A DNA stretch of 64,000 bases, taken from contig JAQUPZ010000001.1 in the NCBI GenBank assembly GCA_028716365.1, forward strand, positions 473,205 through 537,204, written 5' to 3'. Shown here in pieces: positions 9,326-17,591 of this stretch. The notes under the pieces are model-generated. The model was not told where the DNA came from and did no database searches. It saw nothing but the letters and a program-made list of their open reading frames with translations. The stretch is from Kiritimatiellia bacterium (GTDB lineage Bacteria > Verrucomicrobiota > Kiritimatiellia > UBA8416 > YA12-FULL-48-11). Numbering within the stretch: position 1 is the stretch's first letter; each line of letters starts with the position of its first letter. The position numbers and the translations under genes were made by a program.

Positions 9326-10582
9326 ATGAAACTTCATGATGAAATTATTGCCATTGGTGATCGTGCAGTTGCCGCAGCCCGTGAACTTCTTCTACTTAGT
9401 GCCCGCCGGAAAAACGCAATTCTCCAGTCTATGGCAGATCAGATCGAAGCTCGAAGACCGGTGTTGAAAGAGGCAAATCGCAAGGATGTTGAAGAAGCGA
9501 AATCTACGGGCCTGTCTGCGGCAATGATAGACCGGCTTCTCCTGACTGATGGTCGTATTGACTCCATAGTCCGCGGCATAAGGTCCATTGTCGGCCTCAA
9601 AGATCCGATAGGCGCAAGAATCAGCCGCTGGATCAGACCGAATGGTCTCGAGATAATCAAGCGTCGCGTACCTATCGGAGTCATTGCAATTATCTATGAG
9701 TCGCGTCCCAATGTAACTGCCGATACTGCCGTTCTCTGCCTGAAAACTTCCAATGCCGTGATCCTGCGTGGCGGCAAGGAAGCGATGAATTCGAATGCTG
9801 CAATTGCCGATGCCCTGGTGGCAGGTGGGAAGAAACACGGCTTGCCGGATGATGCCATTCAACTTATACGTACTACAGACAGGGAAGCTGTCCGTGAACT
9901 TGTCCAGATGGAAGGCCGTGTTGATCTTGTGATTCCGCGGGGCGGCGAAACCTTGATCCGTGCTGTTACCGAGCATGCCCGTGTACCGGTCATAAAACAT
10001 TACAAGGGAGTGTGTCACGTCTATGTTGATGAATCAGCAGACCAGGAAGTGGCAATTAAAATTGCTGAGAATGCAAAGTGTCAGCGTCCTGCTGTATGCA
10101 ATGCCATTGAAAAGCTGATTGTGCATGAAAAAATAGCAGAGGAATTCCTGCCGAAAATGGCGGCGCGTTTCCGGGAGCTTGGCGTGGAACTCAGGGGTGA
10201 TGAGGCGTCCAGGCAGATTGTTCCATGGATAAAAGAGGCCACTGAAGATGACTGGTACACGGAGTATCTTGACCTCATTCTTGCGATAAAGATTGTGCCG
10301 TCTGTAAAGGCGGCAGTTGATCACATAAACAAATATGGCTCAAAGCATTCCGATGCAATCATTTCTGAAGATGAAACGGCGCAAAAACTGTTCGTTCAGG
10401 AAGTTGATTCAGCCGCAGTCTATGTGAATGCTTCAACGCGTTTTACAGATGGCGGCGAATTTGGAATGGGTGCGGAAATAGGCATCAGTACGGACAAAAT
10501 ACACGCGCGCGGACCAATGGGGTTGGAAGAACTCACCACATACAAATACGTGATCCATGGCCGTGGTCAAATCCGGGAATAG
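9326..10582 (+). CDS. proA: Gamma-glutamyl phosphate reductase
   Basis: IYESRPNVT, LRGGKEA, PRGG, CNAIE, NASTRFTDGGEFG, HARGPMGL. Confidence 0.97.
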   Translation: MKLHDEIIAIGDRAVAAARELLLLSARRKNAILQSMADQIEARRPVLKEANRKDVEEAKSTGLSAAMIDRLLLTDGRIDSIVRGIRSIVGLKDPIGARISRWIRPNGLEIIKRRVPIGVIAIIYESRPNVTADTAVLCLKTSNAVILRGGKEAMNSNAAIADALVAGGKKHGLPDDAIQLIRTTDREAVRELVQMEGRVDLVIPRGGETLIRAVTEHARVPVIKHYKGVCHVYVDESADQEVAIKIAENAKCQRPAVCNAIEKLIVHEKIAEEFLPKMAARFRELGVELRGDEASRQIVPWIKEATEDDWYTEYLDLILAIKIVPSVKAAVDHINKYGSKHSDAIISEDETAQKLFVQEVDSAAVYVNASTRFTDGGEFGMGAEIGISTDKIHARGPMGLEELTTYKYVIHGRGQIRE

Positions 10583-11257
10583 CTATTTGTTTTCCGGCAA
10601 GGATTTTTTCTTCGTAGTTGTTTCAGGAGTTTCAATCTGAATCATTACCGGTGTTGCCGGTTTTTCCATTTTGGGTTCTGCCGGCGTTGGAGTGACCGGC
10701 ATTGGAGCCTTCGTTCTTTCTCCGGGCTTGCCGTATCTTCCATAGCGTCTGCGTTCAGCATTTCTGTCTTCGAGTTTCAGGTCATATTCCTTCGCAAGCC
10801 ACTTCCATTCAGGGGAAGTAAAACTGAACTCTTTATCGAGAGAATTAACAGTGTCCAGGATGGCGAGAGTGGGAATACGCTTGACGTTTGAACACCATGA
10901 AGAAACTTCACCCAGAACCGGAGGAACATCTTTCTCGCTGCCGATAATTATAATTCTTTCGGGTTTTACTGAAAAAATACTGCCTGAATTATAATCCGCA
11001 AAAGTTATTTTGACCCATGCTGCGGTATTACTGTCCCAGATATAAAGAGCCTGACCGGTTTTGACACCTGCTTCACTGAACGAGACAATCAGTATATTTC
11101 TTCGCAGTTTTGCAATGTCAAAAGCAAGCTGGACAGTAGTGTAATGAGAAGGAACAACCAGCAGGGTGGGTTCAGAGGCCCTTGCTGCAGGTGAATAACT
11201 GAATAACCCCATGGCAATCAACGCTATAACGCATGAAAATATACTTTTTTTGAACAT
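10583..11257 (-). CDS. Secreted hypothetical protein
   Basis: SD CAGGAGG; signal peptide ending ARA; Pro-rich C-terminus. Confidence 0.75.
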   Translation of the reverse strand: MFKKSIFSCVIALIAMGLFSYSPAARASEPTLLVVPSHYTTVQLAFDIAKLRRNILIVSFSEAGVKTGQALYIWDSNTAAWVKITFADYNSGSIFSVKPERIIIIGSEKDVPPVLGEVSSWCSNVKRIPTLAILDTVNSLDKEFSFTSPEWKWLAKEYDLKLEDRNAERRRYGRYGKPGERTKAPMPVTPTPAEPKMEKPATPVMIQIETPETTTKKKSLPENK

Positions 11258-11354
11258 AACACACCTCCTGAAAAACAAGTATGTAAAACGATCTAATTCA
11301 TAGTCTTAGTCTTATATAACAAGATAATCTGCCGAGTTCAGCATACTGTCAAAT

Positions 11355-12557
11355 CTATTTTTTAAGAAGTTTCCTGAACTCTTCGGTCAGCATCGGAACT
11401 ATCTTAAATAAATCTCCGACAATACCATATGTAGCAACTTTGAAAATCGGGGCTTCAGGGTCCTTGTTGATGGCAACAATGATATCAGATGCGGAAATAC
11501 CGGCAAGATGCTGTATCTGCCCGCTGATTCCACAGGCAAAATAGATTTTAGGACATACAGTTTTACCTGTTTGGCCAACCTGGTGTGAATATGCTATCCA
11601 GTTGGAATCAACAGCTGCACGGGAAGCACCAACTCCGGCGCCCAGTACTCCGGCAAGTTCCTTCAAGATTGCAAAGTTCTCTGACTTCATCATTCCTCTT
11701 CCCCCGGAAACAATGATATCGGCCTCGGCAATGTTTACGGTGGTCTCAGCTTCAGCTTCAAATTTGATTCTCTTTGTCCGCGATTTAAGAAGCTCGGCGG
11801 CAATGTCCTGAAGAAGAACCTCACCTTTTCGACTGGCATCAACCACAGCCTCTTTCATTACCTTGTGACGGACGGTCGACATCTGGGGCCTGTTGTTCGG
11901 CGAAATGATGGTGGCCATTATGTTGCCGCCAAATGCCGGACGGGTTTGCAGAAGGTTTTTCGTTTCAGGATCGATGGCAAGACCGGTACAATCAGCCGTG
12001 AGGCCGGCATTAATGGACACGGCCACGCGCGAGATCAGACTGCGGCCAATCGTCGTTGCGCCACAGAGCAGGATGTTGGGCTTGTGCCTGTTAACGAGAT
12101 CAATCACCACCGCCGCATAGGGTTCGTCCTGAAAGTATGCAAGCTCGGGTTTATCGACTAAATAAACTTTTTGAGCACCGCGGACGACAAGGTCCTGGGC
12201 TTTTTCCGTGATACCGGAACCAAGGAGGACCGCACACAGGTTCATGCCAAGGCTGTCGGCAAGCTTGCGTCCTTCACCCAGCAATTCGTAAGTAACCGAC
12301 TGAATTTTGCCGTTACTCTGTTCTGCAAAAACCCAGACATCCCTGTAAGCGCTCAAGTCGCGTGTTGCGGCTATGTCTTTCTTGAGTTCAATTGCGTCGA
12401 ATTTGCATGCATCAAAACATGCGCCACAAAGCGTACATTTCGCATAGTCAATGCGCGCCAGCTTGTTCTCAACAACAATTGCACCGAATGGACATGCCTT
12501 GACGCAAAGGGTGCAACCAACGCATTTATTGTCAAGTATTCTTATAGATCCTGCCAT
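11355..12557 (-). CDS. etfA: Electron transfer flavoprotein alpha subunit with N-terminal 2[4Fe-4S] ferredoxin
   Basis: CVGCTLCVKACP, CTLCGACFDAC, QTRPAFGGN, QVGQTGK, GISGQIQH. Confidence 0.95.
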   Translation of the reverse strand: MAGSIRILDNKCVGCTLCVKACPFGAIVVENKLARIDYAKCTLCGACFDACKFDAIELKKDIAATRDLSAYRDVWVFAEQSNGKIQSVTYELLGEGRKLADSLGMNLCAVLLGSGITEKAQDLVVRGAQKVYLVDKPELAYFQDEPYAAVVIDLVNRHKPNILLCGATTIGRSLISRVAVSINAGLTADCTGLAIDPETKNLLQTRPAFGGNIMATIISPNNRPQMSTVRHKVMKEAVVDASRKGEVLLQDIAAELLKSRTKRIKFEAEAETTVNIAEADIIVSGGRGMMKSENFAILKELAGVLGAGVGASRAAVDSNWIAYSHQVGQTGKTVCPKIYFACGISGQIQHLAGISASDIIVAINKDPEAPIFKVATYGIVGDLFKIVPMLTEEFRKLLKK

Positions 12558-12569
12558 CTTCGTCGTTCC

Positions 12570-13364
12570 TTATTTCGCGACTCCAACCACCACATCTTTA
12601 AGCTGTTCAACAAGTTTACGGACCATTTCTTCCGGTTCACCTGTCAATATCTGACCACCCTGCCGGGGGGTAGGTGTGAAAATCTTGACCACTTTTGTCG
12701 GAGAACCGTCGAGTCCGGTTTTTGCGGGTTCGGCGCCGATATCCTGGGCTGTCCACTTGGTAATTACAGCTTTGCGGGCGGCCATTTTACCCTTTAGTGA
12801 TGCAAGTCGCGGCTCATTGATTTCCTTAACAACTGTCAGGACACACGGAAGCGGTGAATCCACAAATTCGTGACCGTCTTCCAGAAGGCGTTGTGCGACG
12901 ATATGTTTATCATCCACTTCCTCGATCTTGCGAACGTACGTAATCTGGGGGAGGTTCAGATGGGTTGCAATACCGGGACCGACTTGTGCGGTGTCGCCGT
13001 CAGAAGCCTGCTTACCGCAGATGATCATGCTGAAATCGCCGATCTTTTTAATGGCCATGGCGAGAGTATAGCTGGTTGCCCATGTATCACTTCCGGCGAA
13101 TGCACGGTCGGTTACAAGGATTCCCTTGTCAATACCCATTGCAATTACTTCGCGTAGCGCCGCTTCAGCCTGCGGTGGTCCCATACTTAAAGCGGTGACT
13201 GTGCCTCCGAGTTTTTCCTTGAGACGCAGGGCTTCTTCCACGGCAAACATATCGAAAGGATTGACAATGGATGCCACACCTTCACGCATGAGCGTGTTTG
13301 TCTTTGGATCAATTTTTACGTCCGTCGTGTCCGGAACTTGTTTTATACATACAATAAAATGCAT
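12570..13364 (-). CDS. etfB: Electron transfer flavoprotein beta subunit
   Basis: MHFIVCIKQVPDT, NPFD, GSDTWATS, DGDTAQVG; start reassigned to 13364. Confidence 0.95.
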   Translation of the reverse strand: MHFIVCIKQVPDTTDVKIDPKTNTLMREGVASIVNPFDMFAVEEALRLKEKLGGTVTALSMGPPQAEAALREVIAMGIDKGILVTDRAFAGSDTWATSYTLAMAIKKIGDFSMIICGKQASDGDTAQVGPGIATHLNLPQITYVRKIEEVDDKHIVAQRLLEDGHEFVDSPLPCVLTVVKEINEPRLASLKGKMAARKAVITKWTAQDIGAEPAKTGLDGSPTKVVKIFTPTPRQGGQILTGEPEEMVRKLVEQLKDVVVGVAK

Positions 13365-13471
13365 TCTAAAAATCTCCAGGCGTATGGCCCAACGTGGAAA
13401 AAGACAGCAAACTATAGAATCTGTCACGGTATTTACAAGGAGGAATTTAAATAAATAAAAAATTGGCATTG

Positions 13472-13501
13472 TTGACGGAGGGCAGTCCGGTAGGGTACAT
13501 T
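13472..13501 (+). promoter_or_regulatory. Putative sigma70 promoter for serC
   Basis: TTGACG-N18-TACATT. Confidence 0.4.
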
Positions 13502-13535
13502 GTGCGCATTTCAAAAAACACGAAAGGAGAAGTTC

Positions 13536-14612
13536 ATGGCTAGAGTTTATAATTTCTGCGCAGGGCCAGCGGTTCTTCCTGAAGAAGCTCTTTTGGAAGC
13601 ACAAATGGAATTGCTGGATTTTAACGGGTCCGGTATGTCTGTTCTGGAATGTAGTCATCGCGGTAAAGAATATGCCGCTGTTCACGATGAATGTGTGGCC
13701 AATCTCAAGAAACTATTGAAAATTTCCGATGATTATGCCGTTTTATTTCTGCAGGGTGGTGCAAGCACCCAGTTTGCGATGGTGCCTATAAATCTTCTGG
13801 TAAACGGTCAGACTGCGGACTATCTCAATTCCGGTGCATGGGCATCCAAAGCCATCAAGGAAGCCAAATTGATCGGCAAGGTCAATGTTGCGGCAGACTG
13901 CGGCAAGGAAATTCCGACCAGGGTACCTTCTGAAAAAGAAATGAAGTTTACCCCAGGCGCTGCGTATGTGCACATTACATCGAACGAGACGATTTCCGGG
14001 GCACAGTACAAGTCATTTCCGAAGACTGAAGCTCCGCTGGTTGCTGATATGTCGTCTGATTTTCTTTCAAGGCCTTTTGACATGAACCAGTTCGGTCTTG
14101 TTTATGCCGGTGCGCAGAAGAATCTCGGTCCTGCCGGAGTGGCAGTGGTGATCATACGCAAGGACCTTGCGGGACGCGTTCCTGCGAACACGCCCACAAT
14201 GCTTAAGTACACAACGCACATAGAGAACAATTCCCTGTATAATACGCCGCCATGTTTTGCAATTTACATGATTAATCTGGTTACTCGCTGGATTCAAAAG
14301 ATGGGACTTGAAAATCTATACAAACAGAACCGCGCCAAGGCACAGAAGATCTACGATGTGCTGGACAGCAGCAAATTCTACAAAGCCACGGCTGTCAAAG
14401 AATGCCGGTCGGACATGAACGTTACGTTCCGTCTGCCCAGCGAGCAACTGGAAGAAATGTTCGTAAAGGAAGCCAGCCAGCAGAAGCTGAAGGGGCTCAA
14501 AGGTCACCGTTCTGTTGGCGGCATCCGTGCCTCCATTTACAATGCTTTTCCTCTCAAGGGAATAGATACTCTTGTTTCATTCATGAAGGAATTTGAGAAG
14601 AAGAACAGCTGA
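13536..14612 (+). CDS. serC: Phosphoserine aminotransferase
   Basis: YNFCAGPA, SHRGK, LQGGAS, DMSSD, GAQKN, YNTPP, GHRSVGGIRASIYNA. Confidence 0.97.
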   Translation: MARVYNFCAGPAVLPEEALLEAQMELLDFNGSGMSVLECSHRGKEYAAVHDECVANLKKLLKISDDYAVLFLQGGASTQFAMVPINLLVNGQTADYLNSGAWASKAIKEAKLIGKVNVAADCGKEIPTRVPSEKEMKFTPGAAYVHITSNETISGAQYKSFPKTEAPLVADMSSDFLSRPFDMNQFGLVYAGAQKNLGPAGVAVVIIRKDLAGRVPANTPTMLKYTTHIENNSLYNTPPCFAIYMINLVTRWIQKMGLENLYKQNRAKAQKIYDVLDSSKFYKATAVKECRSDMNVTFRLPSEQLEEMFVKEASQQKLKGLKGHRSVGGIRASIYNAFPLKGIDTLVSFMKEFEKKNS

Positions 14613-14620
14613 AGAAAAAA

Positions 14621-15191
14621 GAAACGGAGAGACGGAGCACCGGTGAAACGGTGACTATTGTAACGGAGTGGAGACGGGAGCCTTTGGGCGCGAGACTATG
14701 CGACAAGGTGACAGGGAGACTGTGTGGGGCGAAGTGACATGGCGAAATTGTGACTTGGAAACTGAGGTGGGAGAATAATTGGCAGAGAAGATAACCAATC
14801 ACAAGGATTTGCGTGTCTATCAGCAGGCTGTTGACGGAGCCATGGCCATTTTCCAATTGACCAAGAAGTTTCCGGTCGAGGAACGGTTTTCCATGGTTGA
14901 CCAGGTTAGACGTTCTTCTCGTTCTGTATGCGCCAATATAGGAGAGGCATGGAGGAAAAGACGGTACAGAGCGGCGTTTATTGCTAAACTTAATGATGCT
15001 GAAGGAGAGGCCTCAGAAACACAAATCTGGCTGGATTTAGCCAGGAGATGTTGTTATGTCTCTTCAAGTGAGGCAACCAGCTTGGAGAAAATCTATGACA
15101 ATATCATTGGTCAATTAGTTACCATGATTCGTCAAGTGGATAAATGGGTTATCGAAGAATCATGATCACAGAGTCTCCTTGTCACCTTGTC
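14621..15191. repeat. Octamer low-complexity repeats and a 20-bp inverted repeat bracketing the four-helix-bundle gene
   Basis: GAAACGGA/GAGACGGA/GCACCGGT/GAAACGGT at 14621-14652; GACAAGGTGACAGGGAGACT (14702-14721) pairs with AGTCTCCTTGTCACCTTGTC (15172-15191) with one mismatch. Confidence 0.75.
14779..15165 (+). CDS. Four-helix-bundle protein (23S rRNA IVS/TIGR02436-like)
   Basis: HKDLRVYQ, FPVEERF, QVRRSSRSVCANIGE, EASETQIWL; TTG start. Confidence 0.9.
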   Translation: MAEKITNHKDLRVYQQAVDGAMAIFQLTKKFPVEERFSMVDQVRRSSRSVCANIGEAWRKRRYRAAFIAKLNDAEGEASETQIWLDLARRCCYVSSSEATSLEKIYDNIIGQLVTMIRQVDKWVIEES

Positions 15192-15208
15192 TCAAATTCT
15201 CAGAAAGA

Positions 15209-15311
15209 GCGCCTGTAGCTCAATTGGACAGAGCCTGCCCTGTCGAATGATGGGGCGTCAGCCTCCGCCATGTCATTCGACATGGCGCCCTGCCGACTGA
15301 CAGGGCGGAGC
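15209..15311 (+). pseudogene. 5' 41 nt of tRNA-Arg(CCG) interrupted by three 20-22 nt hairpin insertions
   Basis: Removing inserts 15235-15256, 15268-15287 and 15288-15307 restores exactly GCGCCTGTAGCTCAATTGGACAGAGCGTCAGCCTCCGGAGC, identical to 15636-15676. Confidence 0.9.
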
Positions 15312-15317
15312 ATTAAA

Positions 15318-15590
15318 ATGAAATATTATTACGTTTACATATTATTGCTCTCCAATAATCAGCTCTATACCGGTTTCACCGCTGACTTGAGCGGTAGAAT
15401 TGCAGATCACAAGGACGGGAGAGTTAAATCAACACAATACCGCAGGCCGCTCGAGTTGATTCATGCGGAAAGTTACTGCCTTGAATCTGATGCCAGGCGC
15501 CGCGAAAAGTTTTTGAAAACAACGGAAGGAAAACACCTGCTTCGTCAGCAAATCAGGGATATCTTGCACTTGAAGGGTGTTATTGAGTAG
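15318..15590 (+). CDS. Stand-alone GIY-YIG nuclease
   Basis: YVYILL...YTG, conserved Arg (GRI) and Glu (RRE); the real start is probably 15318, not 15270. Confidence 0.9.
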   Translation: MKYYYVYILLLSNNQLYTGFTADLSGRIADHKDGRVKSTQYRRPLELIHAESYCLESDARRREKFLKTTEGKHLLRQQIRDILHLKGVIE

Positions 15591-15635
15591 ATTCTTTTCA
15601 CAAAGCAATATACTTTGTTCTCTTGATTTGTCCAT

Positions 15636-15712
15636 GCGCCTGTAGCTCAATTGGACAGAGCGTCAGCCTCCGGAGCTGAAGGTTATGAGTTCGAGCCTCA
15701 TCAGGCGCACCA
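15636..15712 (+). tRNA. tRNA-Arg(CCG)
   Basis: Acceptor GCGCCTG/CAGGCGC+ACCA; anticodon arm TCAGC-CTCCGGA-GCTGA; T arm ATGAG-TTCGAGC-CTCAT. Confidence 0.97.
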
Positions 15713-15720
15713 TTACCAAA

Positions 15721-15757
15721 AATGGGTAGGTTGTAATATGAACCTGCCCATTTTTTT
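15721..15757 (+). terminator. Rho-independent terminator after tRNA-Arg
   Basis: AATGGGTAGGTT/AACCTGCCCATT stem followed by a T-run. Confidence 0.8.
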
Positions 15758-15977
15758 CATGCTTTCCCTAACAATCCTACCAAATCTGGACACCAACCTA
15801 CCCAAAAATGGTAACTTAGAGGTTTATTAGGGTTTTTTGAGGACCGGATGATAGCCCGGATGATAAATGAGGGGGGATTAGGAAAAATAAGCCCCTATAT
15901 CCATTACGATTTGATTCTTGATGAAGCTGAGAATTGGTCTAAAAATCACACATACCATAAGGGCTATTTGGTTTTTT

Positions 15978-16841
15978 CTATGGTACAATGATTTTTCTTA
16001 CATTACTTCCTGCTGATTCGCCATATGAGTTTGTAGTGCTGACTCTGTACCAGTAGATTCCAGCGTCTAAAACAGTGTTGGTACAGCAAGTAATATTGGA
16101 TGTTGTAATGATGATATTACTGTAAGAGCTAGTGAGCTGATCCTTTCGATATACGACAAACGCCTGTTCGTTGTCACTATTGTCCGACCAAGTTAGAACA
16201 ACATCTCGTCCTGTAAATGTTAGATTAAGATCAGTGGGTTTTTTGGGAGGAAGGTTTTGTTTGTCTAGGACAATAAGATATGAGTAGTCAGTATATACGC
16301 CGCCGCCAATGGCGGTAAGCCGTATTCGGGTATCACTGAGTTTGTCGATAGTCCACGCGCGATATCCACTTCCTCCCTTGAATAAGGTTCCGGCTTGGAC
16401 ATTATAAATTTCGAAGAAGCCGGCGCTCGAATCGATCTCAAAAGGAGTTGGCGTGCAAGTGATACTCGGCGCCGCTGAATTCGTTATCCATACTTCGTTA
16501 GAGGAATCATAGGTAACGAAATAATCTGGCGAAAATGTCATCGTAACATTAGTAAGACAGACATACAGGCTGTTGGTACCATCCTGCCAGTCTGCGGTCT
16601 TGGGGTAACCACTCAATCCGTATGCAGTTCCTTTCCAAACCCCAATAATATTTTCCATACTGGGAGTATTTGCGGTACGTTGGATCTTGTCAAATAGCTC
16701 GTTGATCACGTCTGCGGAGATTACATCACTGGGCTTAATCCGATGTTCCGATTTGTAATCATCTGCGAATATATTTGTATCGATTAATATGGGCACCATA
16801 ATAATCTCCAGTAATATCAAGGAGTGTATATACTTGTTCAT
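15978..16841 (-). CDS. Secreted protein with C-terminal fibronectin type III domain
   Basis: PKKPTDL...LTWSDNSDNEQAFVVYR...YWYRVSTTNSYGES. Confidence 0.75.
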   Translation of the reverse strand: MNKYIHSLILLEIIMVPILIDTNIFADDYKSEHRIKPSDVISADVINELFDKIQRTANTPSMENIIGVWKGTAYGLSGYPKTADWQDGTNSLYVCLTNVTMTFSPDYFVTYDSSNEVWITNSAAPSITCTPTPFEIDSSAGFFEIYNVQAGTLFKGGSGYRAWTIDKLSDTRIRLTAIGGGVYTDYSYLIVLDKQNLPPKKPTDLNLTFTGRDVVLTWSDNSDNEQAFVVYRKDQLTSSYSNIIITTSNITCCTNTVLDAGIYWYRVSTTNSYGESAGSNVRKIIVP

Positions 16842-16855
16842 TTTATCCCCCTTTA

Positions 16856-17356
16856 CTATTCAAACACAGACATGTCAGCTGTAGCTTGCTCCGCCTCTTC
16901 ATTTACGATACACTGGATTCGGTAGAATTGAGTTACACTAAAGACCGTGCTGGTAATGCAACTAGAAGTCTGATGCCAAGTACCAGTACCGCCAGTAGCA
17001 TATACGAAACCTACTCGTTGTGCATTGGTTGCAAGAGATGTGATGGTGTTTGCACAAGTAACCTCGTATACTTTTCCGCTGATGCTTTGCCACTCAATAA
17101 TCGTATTTTCTTCCTGAACGGTAATGTTCGTTACGGCAAGAACACTCGTAGGATCGCCGGGATTTGTACCCGTAAGGGTCTCATCCCAATCTGTTAGACC
17201 ATCATTGTCATAATCTGTCACTGTTGCCGTCTCTATGATGTTTGTTTCCTCGGCAAAGAGGATGTAGGGCATTAATAACATCATCGCAAAAACGGTACCT
17301 AATCTACAAAGATATGAACATGTCTCTATGATTTGGAACTGTTTGCTTTCATTCAT
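16856..17356 (-). CDS. Secreted protein with DxDxDG (TSP3-like Ca-binding) motif and PVC-type Ig-like C-terminus
   Basis: DYDNDGLTDWDETLTGTNPGDPTS; IEWQSISGKVYEV...FYRI; start uncertain. Confidence 0.65.
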   Translation of the reverse strand: MNESKQFQIIETCSYLCRLGTVFAMMLLMPYILFAEETNIIETATVTDYDNDGLTDWDETLTGTNPGDPTSVLAVTNITVQEENTIIEWQSISGKVYEVTCANTITSLATNAQRVGFVYATGGTGTWHQTSSCITSTVFSVTQFYRIQCIVNEEAEQATADMSVFE

Positions 17357-17591
17357 GATAGGAAATAATCCACTATAAAGCAACTCATCTAGACATAACA
17401 AAGGTAAACCCACCAAATCGAGCTAGCATCTTTGATAATATACCCCTCCCGCATTTGTATGTTGCCAGAATACCAAGCGGGTTTCAAGATGTAATTCGTT
17501 ATATTGAAATTTCCAGCTTCCAAGGTAGGGTAGGGATGATTAGTTGATATCCTTCAGACGTTTTGTTAATATCCAAAAACTGGAGAGGAGT

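Noticed and set aside
12570-13685. 371-aa EtfB with a long N-terminal extension
   Set aside because: The extension overlaps the serC promoter and start. The conserved EtfB sequence begins at 13364.
14779-15165. Diversity-generating retroelement (Avd-like gene)
   Set aside because: No reverse transcriptase and no TR/VR pair with adenine-specific differences seen.
15270-15317. N-terminal extension of the GIY-YIG ORF (start 15270)
   Set aside because: It translates the hairpin insertions. The family motif begins at ATG 15318.
15209-15712. Group I intron in tRNA-Arg
   Set aside because: A complete uninterrupted tRNA follows the ORF, and there is no room for an intron core around the GIY-YIG gene.
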